Shown here: positions 38,272 to 40,160 of the stretch, in pieces
Numbering within the stretch: position 1 is the first letter of the stretch
How the letters are laid out: each line of letters starts with the position of its first letter
From: a bacterium
Lineage (GTDB): Bacteria > UBA9089 > CG2-30-40-21 > SBAY01
DNA length: 40,160 nt
Reading direction: 5' to 3'
Assembly: GCA_040757115.1 (NCBI GenBank)
Contig: JBFLYA010000007.1
Coordinates: 1-40,160 of the forward strand
Made by a program: the position numbers and the translations under genes
Notes under the pieces: model-generated
Told to the model about the DNA's origin: nothing
Seen by the model: only the letters and a program-made list of their open reading frames with translations
Databases searched by the model: none

Positions 38272-38326
38272 AAAATTATTCCACCACCCGAGCCCCGAGT
38301 CCCGGACCCCGAGCCCCGTTTTCTTC

Positions 38327-38351
38327 GTCGCAATCCCTTATTCATCAGGTC
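38327..38351 (-). CRISPR. Isolated 3' part (25 nt) of the CRISPR repeat
   Basis: Minus strand GACCTGATGAATAAGGGATTGCGAC, identical to the 3' end of the array repeat. Confidence 0.85.
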
Positions 38352-38356
38352 GATTT

Positions 38357-38900
38357 GCAGAGAGCAGAAGGCAGAGAGCAGAGAGCAGAAGGCAGAGAGC
38401 AGAGAGCAGATTATTATTGGCAAAACTTCTCAGGTTGTTTCAACATTCCATTAAGCATCTTTCCAATTTCTTCATAGCCTTGAGTCCAATATTTGTAAAT
38501 CTCCGCATTGATATATTTACAACTTGAAGAAAAATCTATCCATACCTGGGTCTCGCTACCTTCAGCATCAGCATCTGTCAATTTATTAGTGAAGTATTTG
38601 GGGTATCTTCTTTTTCTCCATGCTTCTGCTATAGATGTACAAACAGACCGTGATGAGCGTCGCATTTGGTCAATAAGTGAATACTTTTCTTCCTTAGGGA
38701 AACTTTTTGTTTGTTCAAATATTTCCATTGCTAATTGATATGCTAATTGATATACTTTCAAGTCTTTATAGCTTTCAATTCTCATTATATCATTTTGCTC
38801 CTTCCTTCTGCCCTCTGCCCTCTGCTCTCTGCTCTCTGCCCTCTGCCTTCTGCCCTCTGCCCTCTGCCTTCTGCCCTCTGCTCTCTGCCCTCTGCTCTCT
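38357..38900. repeat. Inverted heptamer arrays (GCAGAGA/GCAGAAG/GCAGAGG) bracketing the four-helix-bundle gene
   Basis: 38357-38410 purine-rich array; 38804-38900 complementary pyrimidine-rich array. Confidence 0.9.
38414..38785 (-). CDS. Four helix bundle protein (23S rRNA IVP-like family)
   Basis: [49 protein letters not shown]. Confidence 0.93.
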   Translation of the reverse strand: MRIESYKDLKVYQLAYQLAMEIFEQTKSFPKEEKYSLIDQMRRSSRSVCTSIAEAWRKRRYPKYFTNKLTDADAEGSETQVWIDFSSSCKYINAEIYKYWTQGYEEIGKMLNGMLKQPEKFCQ

Positions 38901-38907
38901 AAAAAAA

Positions 38908-38927
38908 CAATCCCTTATTCATCAGGT
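38908..38927 (-). CRISPR. Isolated 20-nt core of the CRISPR repeat
   Basis: Minus strand ACCTGATGAATAAGGGATTG, 1 nt after the HEPN gene stop. Confidence 0.75.
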
Positions 38928-38928
38928 A

Positions 38929-39402
38929 TTAGATTCGATACGTCCCCAGTGTTTGCAAGTAATTAGAAAGCGTGGATTTGAATTTTAGAAATATATCTTC
39001 TATGTTTTTAATACCCTCTTGCATCCTATCCCATTCCAATTGAAAACCATATCCGTGATATACAACATGTCTGAATTTGCGAAAAGGTGCAAAGGCTAAA
39101 GATAGAGAGTCATCAAACAAAACTGGTAAAGGGACATAGGAAGGTGCACAAAATCGTTTAAATAAGTCAGTATGCCAGTTACTACCAGTTGGCAATGGAA
39201 TAGAATAAAAGTGACTAATTCGTTTGAGGATATTTTCTATACCTCCATAAAACTGAGCAAGAAAAGCACCCGCAGCGGTTTTTTCACGAACAGTTGGTTC
39301 CCTTTTAGATATATCATCGCGTAAAGATAAAAGTTCTCACAGAATTGACTCAATCAATTCAAGTTCAATGTTGATTTCTTCACGAAGTTCTTCATCTGTC
39401 AT
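38929..39402 (-). pseudogene. HEPN RNase toxin (HepT-like) with premature TGA
   Basis: MTDEELREEINIELELIESIL*ELL...FYGGIENILKRI...WHTDL...FRHVVYHGYG (Rx4H); TGA at 39337-39339; ATGA overlap with the MNT gene. Confidence 0.85.
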
Positions 39403-39668
39403 AGTAAAACTTTCCCTTTTGTTTCAATATACCTTGTAAACCGTGTTGGCGGACTTAATGGAACTATATCCAAAGGTGTTTCTAACTCCTCTTCAAGTTT
39501 TGCCGCCAATTCATAAATCTTCCATCCTGTTACTCCCTCACAAGCCAAATCAATATCTCTCGTCTCTAATGGCATTTCCAGCGCACTGCCAAAAAGAATC
39601 AATCGTGTAGCACCATATATTTTAGCCAAAGAGACTATCTTTTCAATTTGTCCTTGATTTATTGCCAC
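39399..39668 (-). CDS. Minimal nucleotidyltransferase antitoxin (MntA-like)
   Basis: LILFGSA, RDIDLAC, PLDIV; GTG start with AGGAGG RBS; paired with the HEPN gene. Confidence 0.88.
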   Translation of the reverse strand: MAINQGQIEKIVSLAKIYGATRLILFGSALEMPLETRDIDLACEGVTGWKIYELAAKLEEELETPLDIVPLSPPTRFTRYIETKGKVLL

Positions 39669-39719
39669 CTTTATTACCTCCTTCTTTGCTTTCTGTATAA
39701 CAGCCTTTCACGAAATTCA

Positions 39720-39792
39720 TAACTCCTTGATTAACAAGAAGTTACAAATACGCTTTTTTCTTATTGCCCTCCTACTATATAACTCCTTGATT
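39720..39792 (-). promoter_or_regulatory. Two IHF-consensus sites 60 bp apart (CRISPR-leader-like)
   Basis: AATCAAGGAGTTA (WATCAANNNNTTR) at 39720-39732 and 39780-39792. Confidence 0.5.
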
Positions 39793-39930
39793 TCAAAAGA
39801 GTTGCAAATGTCAATTTCTTGCTTTTTCTTGATTTTCACCCTTTTTAAATAGGGGTGGAGGGCAATTTTACTTTTTCCCCTCTACCCAGAGGGAGGCTAG
39901 ACTTACCCCGGGGTTCCAGGCAATTCCCCC

Positions 39931-40160
39931 TTAATAAAGGGGGTTAGGGGGTTGTGATTGTTCAATCCATCCTTCAATTGCCCTTAAAACATTGTCTATA
40001 TCTTTCTTTACATCACTATCATTGAATCTTATGAGAGTTAAACCCATAGACTTTAATTTCCATCCCCCTTAATAAAGGGGGCATAGGGGGTTGTTTCTTT
40101 CCATATCGTACTCAAATCTACTCTCGTTGTGGGTTTCTCCATCAATTTCAATTATCAGTT
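39931..40160 (-). pseudogene. DUF559/Vsr-like endonuclease 3' part, interrupted by a palindromic repeat
   Basis: LIIEIDGETH...YDMER, insert, KLKSMGLTLIRFNDSDVKKDIDNVLRAIEGWI; repeat CCCCCTTAATAAAGGGGG...AGGGGGTTGT at ~39926-39955 and ~40064-40094. Confidence 0.65.

Noticed and set aside
38287-38326. Self-targeting of the metallophosphoesterase leader by the sequence after array repeat 3
   Set aside because: The match is in the same sense as the local minus-strand transcript and is preceded by repeat sequence, so it is a duplicated repeat-plus-flank unit, not a type III target.
38414-38785. Diversity-generating retroelement (Avd-like four-helix bundle)
   Set aside because: No reverse transcriptase and no template/variable repeat pair seen in the window.
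120-38988. Short antisense or overlapping ORFs in the track (e.g. 120-344, 3233-3439, 9490-9891, 22122-22526, 25546-25911, 29843-30247, 34828-35184, 38707-38988)
   Set aside because: Shadow frames of well-supported genes or translations of repeats, with no recognisable motifs.
15006-39339. Two in-frame TGA codons (GxxExxY, HEPN) suggesting TGA recoding
   Set aside because: Many intact genes end at TGA at their expected C-termini (cas6, CARF effector, REC-PP2C). Both cases are single-base nonsense changes in accessory genes.

Overview
AT-rich window from a diderm bacterium (lptB/lptA, rpmB, tRNA-Arg(CCT)). It has three accessory layers. (1) An atypical type III-A CRISPR-Cas locus at 4.5-14.0 kb: cas6, a broken MNT gene, an HD-less Cas10 with intact GGDD, csm2-csm3-csm4 and no csm5 or cas1/2 in the window. 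Next come a PD-(D/E)xK-like gene, a CARF protein fused to a nucleoside-deoxyribosyltransferase/TIR-like domain, and a leaderless 4-repeat array interrupted by a REP-flanked tyrosine transposase. Halves of the same CRISPR repeat recur 25 kb away on the other strand. There they bracket a four-helix-bundle gene and follow an MNT-HEPN pair that sits behind an IHF-site, leader-like region. (2) A large signalling cluster at 21.4-35.9 kb with unusual fusions: fumarase beta plus hybrid histidine kinase, REC-GGDEF-RsbW, and HD-GYP read through into a radical SAM gene at a G8 tract. It also holds a degenerate PilB-like ATPase and PilT. (3) Most long intergenic regions hold nested miniature inverted-repeat elements: a GTAA-ended family with 8-bp target duplications and a TA-duplicating family. 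One element carries a GxxExxY passenger gene. All calls come from reading motifs by eye; no database searches were run.
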